A stretch of DNA of 64,000 bases from Tubiluchus corallicola (GCA_030141605.1 JAQGDQ010000065.1:186001-250000); one strand, 5' to 3'. Positions 26,220 through 41,064 are shown, counted from the stretch's first letter. A program made the numbers and translations. Notes: a model not told the origin generated them from the sequence alone.

Positions 26220-29200
26220 GTAAATGTATTATAGTACGTATTGTCTTTTGTAGGCTTATAACTCTCAGTCTGTAATAACATACACGTTTGCTTCTACGTA
26301 CGCCAAGATCTCATGCATTAGTATGAATGCCTTGCGGCAGTATCAAACATTCTATTACACATAACATAGTTTCTTATTACAAAATTAATTAATATTATAG
26401 CTAACCGACACTGAACAACATTCCTGTTGCGAAAGCTAATCGTTAATAAAAATAAACTTTATTTTTCACGAATATTGAAATTAGTTTCATAAATTACTCA
26501 TTCTAATTAAAAAAGTTACATATAACTCAGGCCTATATGTCTGTTTTTACTATCCTGTTTGTATTTCATTAATCGATATACTACTATATATAATTTATGC
26601 ATATTATTGGTGCAATTCATGTAGCTGCTCTACAGTAAATAGTAATTATTACAGATGAGTAGACACAAACAAGTTAAAGCTTTGTATTACTATTATAGTT
26701 TCTGTGCTTCTAGTCCTGCAATATTCTTCTATGTCTTTAGTAAGCGGCGTTCTTTGAGGTTAGAAGTGAGGACATGCACATGCCTTTTAAATTGTTCATA
26801 ATTAAGCTTTTTCATGCAGAAAAATATTTAAAATGGAGGCAATCATACATATGTGGCCTCCGAAAAAGAGTACGTAACATAAAATCATATTACAATTGTT
26901 AAAATGTATGTTTTGTAACCACGCAAAAGAAAAAATATCAAGCTATCAAACACCCAATAAATACCAAAGTTTATTATCCTTTTATAAACGTTGACAAGTA
27001 TGTTTAGCTTATATGTGTGTTTCATATGTAGTTCACAGTAGTTTAAGTCTGAAATTAAAGTGTGCCTTGAATTGAATTGATAAACTGTGTGATTAGATTT
27101 TCATTCGTAGAAAGAAGAGAAAAATGTTAGGTAAAACTGTACCTTAATTTAAAAAACTTTACCAGGTGCAGTACCATTCTTTTGGGAGAGAATATACATA
27201 AACGTCAACATAGACTACATCGTTTTTTATTTTATGTTGTAATTTTAGTAATTGTTCATAATAATAGAAAGTTTTTTGAATTGCAAATGAATTGTCACGA
27301 CATTAATTTACGTTCTTGAAGAAATGCCCAAATCTTCAAAGGTGGGTGGATTTTTTGGCTTTGCACGTGGTTCAGTGTGTGCTTTACGTTAAGACAACTT
27401 AATAAAAAATAATGAGTATAAGTATCGTTAATAGAATAACAAATTTAAAAGCTATAATAAAGTCCAAACAGCCTGAGAAACTACTCGAGGTAAGGAAAAA
27501 TAATTTCATCAGACACTGTATGTAATTATTTTATAATCACAATTTATTTTATAATCAAAATAAAACATACGCGCAAAAGCTGTCCAGCATTATCAAACAA
27601 ATTTTATAAGTAAAGGGTGTCTTACTCTTCCATGATGAAAAATAAGTCGCCAAAATGCCTTATTCACTTCCAATGTTGTTTTATACTCTACATTCTAGAG
27701 AATTTAATCTTTTATGTGAATGTGAATATAAAAAACTTGGCCAAAATATAAATTCATGTCTCAACAAATGAACATACGCATCATTCTTATAAGGACACGT
27801 ATAAGACACACGGTTAACCGTCCCACTAACTGATGAAGAACTTCTAAAAACAACACCGTTTCACTACTTATGCAACAAGCAGAGCACTGGATCCGAACTG
27901 AGAACACTTCAAAGTGCAAAAACTGATTTAAAAGTCTGTTCATCCTAGCTTACTTTTATATAACACATTATCTGCTCGGATAACAAAATTATTTATACCC
28001 TTTACAATCACATTATCTCGCTCAGTTCTTAGCTTCGGGCCCAAATTTGAAAAACCCATTCTCTCTAATAAAATTATCCCCATTGGTGGGCAATAATCAT
28101 GTGTAAATCAACCAGGTGAACTGGCCCGTCTTTGGCGGTTCTAAAATCCGCAGGTAGAATAGAAGATTTTGTTAAAAATTGTTGTTTTTGCCCATGTATA
28201 AAATGTGTTTTAATTTCAAAAAATTCTTTTACATTTAGTTGATTTTGAAATCTTCTGCCAGCTTATCAACTAATTAACGTTTTAATTGCTGTTTTGACTG
28301 CTGATTGTTTTATTGTATTAACTAATCCTCTAGTTTGGGATGATAATAAACAAATTATAAGTCTTAGGCCTATAAGTCTTAGACGAAAATATTGTGCATG
28401 ATAAAAGAAGAAACAACAAAAATAGCACTACTAGCAGCAGCGACAGTGACGACAGCAATAACGGCGATGGCAACAACAGTCCACCATCAGCAGAGGCACA
28501 GAACAAATACCCAACAATGCTAATCATATCAGTCAGAAGCAATAAAACTATGTTAACATGAACATCAAAATATACAATAAAGGTAACGGTGGCTACGGCT
28601 GTCGTCTGTGGCAGATAAATACACAGGTTCTTTCTAATCAACGTTAAGTGACAATTACTGTTGCTGCTATCATCTCAATTACTACTACACCATTAGGCTT
28701 ACTATTATAGTAATTAATAACCAGTTATAGGTACTGTAAATCAACTGCTTCACTTATTTAGTCTTCTAGTTTTATCAACAGGAATAAAGACAGCCAGACA
28801 AATAACCTATTTATATTAACAGTTGTTGTACCACAGTAAATATAAATTTTACCCCATACCGCCTCCCTCGTGTGATACGTGCGCACTTATGCTGCTTATT
28901 CATTTTTAAATGAACATTCACTGATTACTCACTGGTCAGCTTATTCAATTACACTCAAGACTTGTCCACACAATTTGCTTTCTCGCCGCAGAGTTGAACA
29001 AAGTGGTTGTTTTATATTGAGAAAGTTCCCTACATATTTCCCGTTTTTGACTGACTCGGTTTTCAAATCATGTTAACAAATTAAACTGTTTGAAAGCCCT
29101 CAGTCATAGAAATCCTAAATCAGAAAAAAATAATGCTTTTTCTGCATCGCGTACTTAATCTAATTTATGACGAAATTGGTCAATATTCGTGCTAGGATGG

Positions 29201-31539
29201 GTTGCAGTATTGGGACAACATTTTTGTCAAAGATCAGTGAATGTTCAGTGATTATGAGTTAAAATTAATAAAGAGTGACACGAAGATATTTTTATGCTCG
29301 TTTTATCCGCAACACCAACTTAGTACTCGATGTTGTAAGTTCATGCAGATCATTTTTTTCTCTCTACTTCATATATCGCTATAAACAACATATGAGATGG
29401 GTAGATTTTTTGAGGGGTAGATCAGTATCGTAAATCAACAGTATGTAACGAAAGATAAGGACAAAAATTCCTTGTCTTAATTTTAATTCCTTATATTATA
29501 TTACCAATAGTAAAAGACTTGTCTCATCAAGAAACATAAAAAAATTAAGCGTCATTGTTCACTATTCCACACAAATTAAAATAGGTTGTTAATACAAAAA
29601 TCAACTCTTTCTAATAATAAGTCAGTTTGACTTGTTAATTTAAATAATCTTGGTAATGGATTCAAAAATTTATACTACACAAAATGTTTGTTTGAGAGAA
29701 AAATGCAGTTTAATCGACAATATGTTACTGATTTCTTTTTTAAGCTAATACGGTACCTAAAAAGTCGTCCGTCTTTTTGTTTTTACTTCAGATCAATGTA
29801 TCTGTAGCAACCCTTCATTGGAAAGTTTGATTCTAACATTTACTTTATGTGTTTGGAATAAATAACATTTATGTTATTCAGGTCAGACTTTAAACCAGGT
29901 AACAAAAAAAACACCTGCAATACAAGCTGCTAATAATGTTAATACGTTTGTTAGTACGGTTTTTTCTGCCACATACTTATACTTTTAATGACAGTTTCAA
30001 TTTTTCTATTGAAGCGGTATCTGTATTGCAATTGTAAATGCAATTGCAGTACAGTAAAGTATAATGCAGCACAGTGCAACATACCTGGTAACATATCGAA
30101 CAGAATATGCATAACGAGACATGACACGACATAACACAACTCGATACAACACAGAACATCGCATTTGAAAGAGGATGTATTTATGCATCTAATCAGCCCT
30201 GGATTAACCATTAAGCAAAATAAGCAAGCGCTTTGGGTCTCAGGGAAGAGGGCTCATGTAGTTTTGTCAAAATAAAATAATTACCCAAAAGTGAAATATA
30301 CTTTGTTTACAATATGACGGTACGGATGGGCATCGAAATTCTGGGTACTGAGCAGCCTGAACTGCTCACTGCCCATATAATTCATTGACTGATTATATAA
30401 TGTCGTCTCTGTATTTTTAATCTAATCTTACTTTTTCATGCAATGTAAAGCTGGTGCCCTAGCATTATCTGTGCATAAATATTATTGCAAGTTTTCGTCA
30501 TTTGGAAAGATAAAATTTCATGTTAAAGTTAAGTGTTGTTTTTATTCTGAATTGGGCATATACGGGGGACTATAATCTTTTCAGTGCTTGAGATCTTAAT
30601 CCGACAATGCATCCAAATGTTTCCTCTGTCGGTTCAATGTCTCATCTTAGGAAATTCTGTAGATAATTAATAACTAGGTTGCCGTGCCACTATAGCGATC
30701 ACCATTAAATATCCCGTTGAGAATTGGATCCAAGTTACAGAGCGCTGAACTGTGTGTATAAAAACACGTTCTGGTAACGTAACTTAACAAATAGATTTCT
30801 GTTGCTTTACTGGCCCTGCATAGTTCTGGCAATCATTAGATCTGATTTTTGACGAACATTAAAATAAGGCATTAAAATGAACACGTGCGTGTACTAAGTA
30901 AGAAAAAAGTTTGTCTTACTGAAGCACATCTGCGATAGCCCACAGTTTCAATATAAAAACGAAAAAAGAAACGACGTGGATTTGTTGTTAACGTTCCGAA
31001 TAATTAGTTCTCAGTCGAGACTGTCTAACGACTCTACTCGATATCACTAGTAACTGCTTAGTTTACCGCTTCTTATTTCGAAAGTAATATAAAATGTTAC
31101 TTATTCATTAAATTTACAAGGAACAATGATACAGTATTCACATTAAATCTTGAAAGAAAAATGACATTAAGATACAAGAAGTCTACATCTGTAACTGTGT
31201 GTTAACGCTATGTAGGAATTATTTGTTGCAATTTTTTGACTAATAATCTTTTCTTATCATCATCACAGTGCAGATTAACTGAAGCTACTCACAACTAAGC
31301 CAATGCTCATTAGAGTATAAGAAAAGTCAATTATAATGCAAAATGCAAAATCACCTGGCCGAAATAACTTTCATTCAAACTTCATACCTGTGAAATTGAT
31401 TAGAGGCGATTGTGGAAAAGCCAAGGTTAGGACGTTAGAGCAAAAAGGTGGCTAGACACTGGTCAAAAAGAAAAGCCCCATGCAAATTCAGAGCAGCATA
31501 AAATCAGTCTAGCTTTTTCACATGAAAAAAACGGTTTCT

Positions 31540-31900
31540 AATGTCCTAGCAGGTGGGGAATTAATCAGGTGAAATAAAGCAGAATCTGCTGACAGTTGCT
31601 GCGCTGATGCGTAATGTATCAATGCGCGCATCCAAGCGCCTGAGATTCGGAACTGAATGTGGTTAACGAGGCTGATGACAGGTGTGTAGATTGCAAGCTT
31701 GTGAAGCACAGCCACGGATTCGGCACACACCAGCGGGTGGTCCAGTGCTCCATTCGAATTGAAATTTGCCTAAAATTCAGCCCAGTAGGCGTATGATCCG
31801 CAGTGAACAGGCCATCGTCTTGATCAGGTGCCCCCTGTCGACAAGTACTGACGGTCGACCGCTAAATAGCAAGCAAGTGGCGTATTGGGCTTAGCTTTCC
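31540..31900. promoter_or_regulatory. Candidate Pax6 intronic enhancer or alternative promoter
   Basis: Non-repetitive GC/CpG-richer island with two TGACAG, three CAGGTG and a Pax-like TTACGCATCA (minus strand, ~31605-31614). Confidence 0.4.
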
Positions 31901-32032
31901 TTGTACAATCTAACCTAATTTTTTAGTGAATGAAAATAATTTTTCCCCGTAGTGGAATTTCAAATGAAGGAGAGTGAGCAAATTGCATAGACTTTGAATT
32001 AAATCCGTTTACATCACTTTGAATCTTGTTTT

Positions 32033-32350
32033 GATCTCAGTGGTGTAGTTGATTCACTTGTTAGTGAAGGGGTGAGCAAAATATATAACTGGTGTTTCAC
32101 TTAAGTTAATCAAAGCTAAACAACGTTGAGACTGGTAAATGGATGGTTGACCACCAGGAAAATCGTTTCTGGACGGTTTCATCTGCCTTCGGTTATTTTC
32201 ATTTTTGAGAAAAATGCGTTACACCTGAACGTGGCTTAACACCGTCGCTTGTAGTGTTTCATCTTAACGGATCGTCTTTGATCTATAGAAGGTGCCGGTC
32301 CCACTACATCCATCAATATGATAAATGGGTCCTGTCATTAAAAGTCCTGG
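32033..32350 (+). mobile_element. 5S rRNA-derived SINE-like element (degenerate)
   Basis: 32113-32165 aagctaaacaacgttgagactggt..tggatggttgaccaccaggaa aligns by eye with the 5S internal promoter AAGCTAAGCAGGGTCGGGCCTGGTT..TGGATGGGAGACCGCCTGGGAA. Confidence 0.55.
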
Positions 32351-33689
32351 TACTGGAAAGTAGTTTAGCATTGCATAAAACTATAGCCTATATACGTAAT
32401 TATAATTATGCAATTATTTAATATATTATGTCAACATTATGTTTACCATATGCTTACATTAAAAGCACTTATTGATAAATTTTTGAAACGAAATCATAAA
32501 CTTTATTGTTGTTTCGTTGATTTGCGCGAAGTCTTTGATTCAGTTTGGCGAATTGGGTACTATAAATTGTTAAAAATAATATAGGTGGTTATTTTCTTAA
32601 GATTTTGCAAATATGTAGTCCAAAACTAATTACTTCATTAAACTCGCTGCTGAATCAACAGAAGATATACTATGTATCATTGACATTAGACCCGTCCGCA
32701 TCACATAACATCACATTTTGTTAGACGACGAAATCGTATGACAGTCAGATCGTGTGAATCAGGTTTTACACGTCCCATTTTATCTCACTAAAGCCTGTTT
32801 GAAAAAAAACTGTACAATGCCGCATCTCAATGTTATTATTATCAATAAAATTATTTTCCTGCTAAAATTAAATAATTCGTTAGTAATTAGTCCTAATATT
32901 CTCAACATAATTTCGCTAATAGAGTTCTAATTCTGTATATCAGACACGGCATTTTGAACTCGGCGTTTCCCATCATTCCGAAATTCTTTCTGCCTATTTA
33001 CTCAAATATAATAGCAGAATCTATTAAAGTTTAGTTTTGCTCCGGGTAAGATTAGAAGATTGGCGTGTTTTTGCCCAGCACAAAGATGCCGCTAAATTGA
33101 CATGAATATATCAACTACATCGGTAGCAACACGCTCCAGACGTTTCACTCAATCTACAAAACGTCAACTTTCGCTTAGCGACAAAAGTTTTTGTTTTGTT
33201 GTCACTGTCGTTGCTCTTGTCGTTGGCGTTGCCACTACTGCTTTTGTTTTTGCACTTTGATTTTGTTGTTACTGCAGCTTAGTATAATTGGCGCCTGCTA
33301 GTACCACTATATCTTAGCGTCTTCTTCAATTTGTAAATGCCTCTTTCATACCAGGATATTTTTTAGCTTAGACAGAACTCTTAAGATCCCAATCTTGGTC
33401 CAGTTTGGTGTACTGCTGCTGTTGCTTCATTTTTGGAACCTGTTGAAGCTTTACACGGGCGAGACACAATTTCATATTTCACGATATCTGAAGCGATTAC
33501 ACGATATTACACGATATATGTGTAAGAAGATTCCGGAGAGATCTTCTTATTAAAAGAGCTAATAGCTGTTGATGTATCCAAGGCTTTCGGATGAGGTCTG
33601 ACACAATGATATGGTACTCCATAAAATTCAACAATATAGGTGAGCTGTCAGTAGTCAGTACGCGGTCTATTTTGTCATCACGTCTTATG

Positions 33690-36434
33690 GGGGTGGGGGG
33701 AGGGGCAAAAATAACAAACAACCTAGAAAAAATTGCAATAGAAATGTTCTCTTCCGATTCTGTTAAAATGTGATCTCAAGTGCTCTCAAGAACAAATCAG
33801 CCAAAATCGGATTTGCTACTTTTAAGATATATGCATGAATCCAAGATGATGCTTACTGAGGCCAAAACTCAGGTATATCTCCGAGACTACTGCACCTAGA
33901 TAAAAAATATATATTATTGTCTGATAGGAAAGGGCACTAGAGGATTCCAAAAATGTTGTCGTTTTTCACCTGTAACGTCATCATGGCACTAAATACCATC
34001 TTGCTGCAATTAAGAGCATCATTGCTTCATTTTTGTTGAAAATGGGTCACAGGAGTTGATTTTTCATTCTCAGTACTTGTAATAGCAGTAAAATCAGTTA
34101 CAGATTGACCAGATTACAGCATGTCAACAGTATAAATAAACATCATTTCTTTGGCATCTAGATGATGCGTATGTTGACAGCTTCTCCTAAATATTTGATC
34201 CTCGAAGAAAATTATGTGTTAACGTCTGATAGGAAAATACACCTTATAAATTAAGAAATGTTGTCATTTTTCAATTATGGCGTCACAACGCCATTGTCAG
34301 GTCATTTAGATCATCCCTGCTACTTATTTTACTTTTGAGTACTTGGCTTTTGTGGCAATGGGAAGCACCCATGGAAGGAAGCAGCCATTACAGAGGTACA
34401 CACACGTATTACACCAAAGCCAATTGTTTTGACCCAAACGAGACGTAGGTGGAGGGAGGAGTGAGCTGGTAAAACCAGTCGGTTGGCAGAGATCAGGAGG
34501 CAGCAGAAAGGAGTTGTCTGGCTGTAACGATGGCGGAGGACACTAAGACAATATCTCTTTATAATGGTGGTCACTGGAATTGGTTACTCAATCTCCAGCA
34601 AAATTCTTTATTGGTGTCAAAGTAAAACTAGCAGATGCATAAACAGAATTACATTTTATTGCACAAAGTCGGTATGGCACATCATAATGTTTGCAGAAGT
34701 TTGGACCAATCCGCTACTGTTGCTCCATTTAATCAGTGGGCGTGATACAGCATTGCATTTGTTTGCTACTATCTTGAAGCTAGCTGATGTAGGATAGATG
34801 GCGTTAGTTTGCCTTTATTTGCCTTAAAGGAAGAAGACTTGAATCGTCTAAGAGTAAACAAAGATAGTCCGAAGAAGCATTTACTGTCATTTATAGTAAA
34901 TAAACTACTACTACTAGCATCTTCTCTGCGCAAGTTTCCACGCTAGTGGCGCAGTACAATGCCACAGTTACACTATCTTGTGTATCTACAGGTTCAATAT
35001 TGTACAATGAATGCGACTTGAACCCAAATGACTAGGGAGGACATTCTCAACAGAAATAGATGGACGTTGATCAAAAGTTACATGCAAGGGCAGTTTGCAA
35101 CTAATATTGAATGTCCTTGTAGGTACTGATAGCATATGATCCATTACAGTAACCTATTTTTAACAACAATGAAGCAGAGATTTGAGTTTCTGCTAATTGA
35201 TTTGGTCTTCTGACTCTGTCCCCAACAATTGGAAATATGACCTCATCCCCTCGTTTTACAAAAATATTGGCACCCGTACTCATCTCCTCCCATCCTATAC
35301 CTGATAGCAATCCGATTATGCTCCTATGCCATCCTGATCAAGCTGGCTTCACACCTGACATTGCAGTGATGTCGATTCTGTTCTACGGCAAGGAGACATG
35401 AACCCTTTCCTTGAAACCTCGGACTCTTCCTATTGAAGTCGCCTATGTGCCATACTTTACATCAACTAGTTTCACTTTGGCAAAAACAAAGAATTGTACT
35501 GGAGAGTGAATAACCCTATTCCAGTGACTACCATTATCAAAAGACTCCGTCTTAGTGTCCTCCCTAACACATGGTATGCCTGGCCGAGTCTGTCTCAGCC
35601 AGGCAACTCCTTTCTGTTGCCTTCCTACCTCTGGCAACCAATTGGTTTCACTACCTCACACACCTCCACCCGCATCTCACTTGAATCAAACAATTGCCAT
35701 TGGTGTAACACATTGCCGAAATGATGTACCCCTCTAATAGCAGAGGTTCCTTCCATGGGGTGGTTGTAACTGCCACATAATGAGCCAGGTATCAAAAGTA
35801 AAATAAGAAGCAGTTATGCTCTAAATGACCTGACAATGGCGTCAAGACGTCATAATTGAAAAATAACAACATTTTTGAATTTATACGGTGTAGTCAGACG
35901 TTAACACACAATTTTCTTCTAGGATCAATTGTTTAGGAGAAGTAGTCGACTTTTGACCTCCATAGGCACCATCTAGATGCCAAAGAAATGATGTTTATGG
36001 ATACTGATGACATGCATAGTCAATCTGTAACTGAGCTTGATTTCTGTTACAAGTACTGATAATGAAAAATCAATTCCATTGACCCATTTTCAAGAAAAAT
36101 GAAGCAATGGTGCTCTTAATTACGCCATAATAGTAACGGCATTTGACGTCATCATGATGTCATAGATCAAAAACGACAGCATTTTTGGGATCCTCTGGTG
36201 CACTTTGCTATCAGTCAATAATACGTATTTTTCGTCCAGATGTGATAGTTTAGGAGATAAACCCGAGTTTTGGCTTCTGTAGGCGCCATCTTGGATTCAT
36301 GCCTATATCTGGAAAGTACCAAATACCATTTTGTTGTGGGTAACTGAAACCATATTCTAACAGAATCTGAAGAGAAAAATTCTATTGCAATATGTTCAAG
36401 GTACCCCCTTACTTGAAGTTATTTTACCCACCTA
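33690..36434. mobile_element. Long-TIR DNA transposon relic, arms ~33720-34640 and ~35460-36403
   Basis: Many reverse-complement blocks, e.g. aaacatcatttctttggcatctagatg vs catctagatgccaaagaaatgatgttt; atgaatccaagatg vs catcttggattcat. Confidence 0.85.
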
Positions 36435-37429
36435 GTATTAATCACAGACTGAGAACAGACAGACTGGGTTCTTCTGTATTCGAAATCTGTGTTTCTGTAA
36501 TAGCGCCCGTTTTATTTCTAGCGCCTTTCAAATGTCTACTAAATCCGATGTCGATATTTCTAAGCTAAGCTTGTTGACTTTATTCAAGATAGTATTCTGT
36601 ATCGTATCAGGCACTTAATTAAGGTGTTCCAGTGGAAAATCTTGTTTAGAAATACGTCTCTCAAGCTTAAAAGGAGAATTAATTTGGCTTTGAGATTGAA
36701 TGGAGTTTGATTTTTTATCGTTTTTAATGCAAAGAAGCCAAAACTTTATATTACTTGTTCTGTTGACCTATACAGCTGTCTGCATCTTGCTCGAAAACAA
36801 CCTAACTCGTACAATCATGTTATCAATGTAGTCAGGTCTGGATTTGAGTTAACCTTGCTGTTAAAGTTCAGTGCATCATTAATTCTTTTTTACAACTATT
36901 TTCGTGGCAATTCCTGTATAAGTAGGATATTGCTTATAAATCCAGCCTTCCTCGAGCTTCTCATCTGCGAAATTCTTTTCCAGAAAAAATTTCCTGTTAA
37001 GTAAAACGTCATTTACTTCAAGGCGAACAGCAACATATTACTATTGATGTTACTACTGAGATTCATATTACTTATAATGTACTAGCAAATTGGTCATAGG
37101 TTTTCGAGTTGGTATTTGCATTTTAACCTCCTTTTTTTGAATAGCCGTTGATATTTATTGCAAGATTAATTATTTTATGGCAAATAATTTTTTGTTGTTT
37201 TGTTGCTTCTGTTCTTTTTTCATCTATTTTGTTCATTAAGTAGATTTGTAATCAATAATGCACGAATTTTAAATATAGTGTTTATCTACCTTTTTAACCA
37301 ATAATTTTGGCGATGGTAAGAGACTGACAGACTGACTGACAGTGGTGTTTGCATACCAAGTCAGCTTATAAAGTGCATTAATAAGAAAAGATTATAGACA
37401 GTGCTTCACAGTTTTGCAAGCGAGAATGT

Positions 37430-37712
37430 CTTGAAATGGAACCTGGAACTAAAACACTCTCTCTGAGACCTCCACGAAGTGCTTCATTAATGCTTCTTGT
37501 TTGTGGTATTCCGTTAAGGTTTGCGAAAAAAAAACTGGCGAAAAAATTCCCATTTTGGTACGCCATACCGCCCTTTTGCACAAATTTCGTGGAAATCAAT
37601 TTAGCAGTTTTCGCGTAATAGACTTACTGCCTTTTGAGACAAAAAAGACAAACAAACAAACAAACAAACAAACAAACTGTATTGAAGCATAACTTCCTTG
37701 GCAGATGTAAAA
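37430..37712 (+). mobile_element. Helentron-associated (HINE/DINE-like) element end
   Basis: caaatttcgtggaaatc core, (AAAC)n microsatellite, then terminal hairpin cataacttccttggcagatgtaa. Confidence 0.55.
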
Positions 37713-37953
37713 ATAACTGAAATATCATCTCCAAAAGTAACACTAACCCTAAACTTATTAAGTGTGCCATTTTTATTTACTTTTCCATTTGTGCCTTTTT
37801 CCTGTGCAATTTTTACCGTGCCATTTTTGTTCCGTGCCATTTTTACTTTCATTCTATTTGCGGATCAACTGAATGTTATAGTAATTCTTAACCTGCAAAC
37901 TGTTTTTTTAATGAAATTAATAGGGCTCAAATACTCGATGTTGACAGATATAA

Positions 37954-38172
<219 letters not shown>

Positions 38173-39219
38173 TGAGCACATTTTGTTTTCTTTTCGGTAA
38201 TTCATTCAAAAGAACAGTAAATGGCGTTGGTGTTGGTAGTACTGATGTTGTTGTTTGTATTGGTATTGGGGTTGGGTTGGTGATAGGGTTGATGATGATA
38301 GTGGTGGTGAAATGCGGGGACTGTGGTAAATTAACAGCAGCAGCAACGGAGGTTCTTCATCAAAATTTGATGTTGGTGCAGATATGCATACTATGGTGAC
38401 TGTAGCAGCAACAGCGGCAGTAAGACTAGAGCTGTTACATCCGTCCGTCGTGTTATAACTAAAACTGCTTGATTTGGCATTAAAGGTAATATTTTCGATT
38501 AAGAATCATAAAAGCTTTTGGAATGGAATAGGATGAAAGGATTGAAATGGAATGAAGTAGAAAAGAATACTAAAGCGGCTTATGATAGAACGATTAAACG
38601 GTAAAATTTGAACGAACGATCGAACAAACAAAGAAACGAAAGAAACAATAAAGGACGAAAAACATAAAAAACTGAAAAAGGAAGTTCTCAAGAATTTAGA
38701 AAAAATGAACGTAAAAGTTAATTTTTATTTGAAAAAAGAAGCTGCGTCAAATTAAGGCAGATGTTGATGCTCATAGGGTTACGAGTAGTTGGTTGCTCAT
38801 TCGCTTTATTTATTTATTTATTTATTATTTATGAATTCGTTCATGATCACTTTATTATTTCGCTTCAAATCATTTAAGTCCATTCCATTGATGTCCCATG
38901 GCATGTGGTTCTATCAGCTTTTATGTTGCTGGCGTAATAGGACATTGTTTATTGAAAATATGTGCGCGCACTCGAAAACAAAGATACAAACTAAAAAATT
39001 ACATTCACAATGCCTTTAAAAATAGACGCCATTAACATGGTACTGTGGTAAAATACCAATTTGGCAGACACTGAAGTAGAGTAAATGTTTTTCAGCAATT
39101 ACATTTCAACAATGAATGTGATTTAAAAATTTAACTTGTGATAAAAATTTTCAGTTTTTTTAAGATGCTACAAATCTTAATTCTTGGTTTTTATTAGCAA
39201 CAATTCTTTTTTTCTGTAG

Positions 39220-39435
39220 GTGTCAAATGGATGTGTAAGCAAGATTTTGGGACGTTACTATGAGACGGGGTCCATTCGTCCCAGAGCTATTGGAGGTAGC
39301 AAGCCTCGAGTGGCAACTCCTAAAGTAGTTGAAAAAATCAGCGAATATAAACGTGAATGTCCGTCAATCTTTGCTTGGGAAATTCGTGACAAATTACTAG
39401 CTGATGGAATATGTAATAATGACAACATACCTAGC
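39220..39435 (+). CDS. Pax6: Pax6 exon 3, paired domain ([31 protein letters not shown]...DNIPS)
   Basis: tgtag acceptor, AGC|GTAAGT donor, 216 bp as in human exon 6; N47 and [14 protein letters not shown]. Confidence 0.98.
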
Positions 39436-41064
39436 GTAAGTACTTACTCTTAAAATTCTTAGACAATTAATTATAAAATTCTTGGCGAAGTAATGGATAA
39501 TTACTTCTTTTTTTGGAATATTTGTTTTATTTGACTTTTATAAAATGTTATTTTTTATTATTATCCCAATTTGAGAGTTGATCGTATACTAAGTCTTAGT
39601 ATACTTGTTTCATGAAAAAGAGGTGGCGCTACCAGTAAAACGAGGCAGACAAATGATTAAGCTAAATACATGTATTAAAAATTATGACAGACTATCAAGA
39701 ACTATTGCAAAATTATTATTTCACTCTAATTTGCAATCATGTGGTCTAAAATATCTCGAATAACTTTAATTTAATAAAACCGTTTGCATTTGAATTATTA
39801 CGTTCATTTGTTTCAACTATTTCCATTAAGATAGCTGTGTTGTTTCACATCCAACTGACCCAGTTAACATTAAATGACAAAAATAACAATTGTATCTTAT
39901 TTAGCTTTTAGAAACAAATACGTAAATATACAGAATATGAATGTGCCATAGGTTAGTAAACGTACACACATTGTAGCTGTGAAGAATAGCAAATAAATAA
40001 ATAAAACAAATATACGTTTCAGGTCAAATATTCATTCTTAATTTTAATTTACAGTAATATATAAATAAAATGATATCGCTTTTATATGGCTAAATATTGA
40101 TATCTCGCTCGAGCGAAACGAAGGGTCCTGGTTGAAGGGTCTGCGCCCACTAAATAACGTGCAGAAAAGAAATCGAGGTTAATACACAACGAACTGTTTA
40201 TAATTGCTCTGTTTCACAGTTTCTTATAAATATAAATGACACATCTACTTTCTATTAGTGACTATCTTAACCGCACATGTGTGTGCGTAAGATACTTAGC
40301 ATTGTGCAAGTTGCACGCTACACAAGCCTATGTTCAGTTGTAACATAGAATTTCCTATGAAATAACTAACTTGCAATGTAAAAATTCTGTGACAGAAATA
40401 TAAACATAAATCTGGGAAATTAAGTCAGTATAGGTTCTACATTAAAATACAATGAACAGATAAATACACAGATAAATCAGAAACTGGAAAAGAGCAATCA
40501 TGTTCCAATTGTATACACTAAAACGGTTGTGTTCACAAGCCACTGGCATAGCAGTGTTTAGTTTTTTGTTGAACGATTGCTGTGTTTACCTGTCTTGAGG
40601 ACAAATTTCTTGCACAATTTTAGAGTTCTGCCTGTCCACTGTCTGTACAACGTCGAAGCCGATACGGCTAAATCAGTGCAAATCAGATGTCCATGAAACC
40701 ATCTCTTATCCACGACTTGAACCTTCTTGCATATCCAAGCATCCGTCTTTCTTCATCGAGTTTTTCGGCACAGTTGTTGACTAGGGATCTCCATGATGTC
40801 CACTGTCTACAATAGACGAATAGGCATATGATGATGATGATGACGATTATGATGATGTTGTGTACACTATAGTAGGCCCTAAAAATTACACGAAATGCAT
40901 TACTTGCATAGGTGGTTAATCAGTTAATCATTTAATAAAATTTAGCGATGACGAGCTACGATTAGTTAGATTAATCAGTTTACACACATCAAGGTGCAAT
41001 AAAACGCAGTAAAAGTGCAATGATATTCACAAGATAGATGAGTTGCTGAGTTTGAAAACTGGGA

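Noticed and set aside
31793-31827. ATG...CAG|GTGCC as Pax6 first coding exon
   Set aside because: Phase 2, incompatible with the phase-1 acceptor at 38036; weak donor
32294-32302. GCCGGTCCC as a second twister
   Set aside because: Lacks AAGCCCGG, P2 and GAGGG elements
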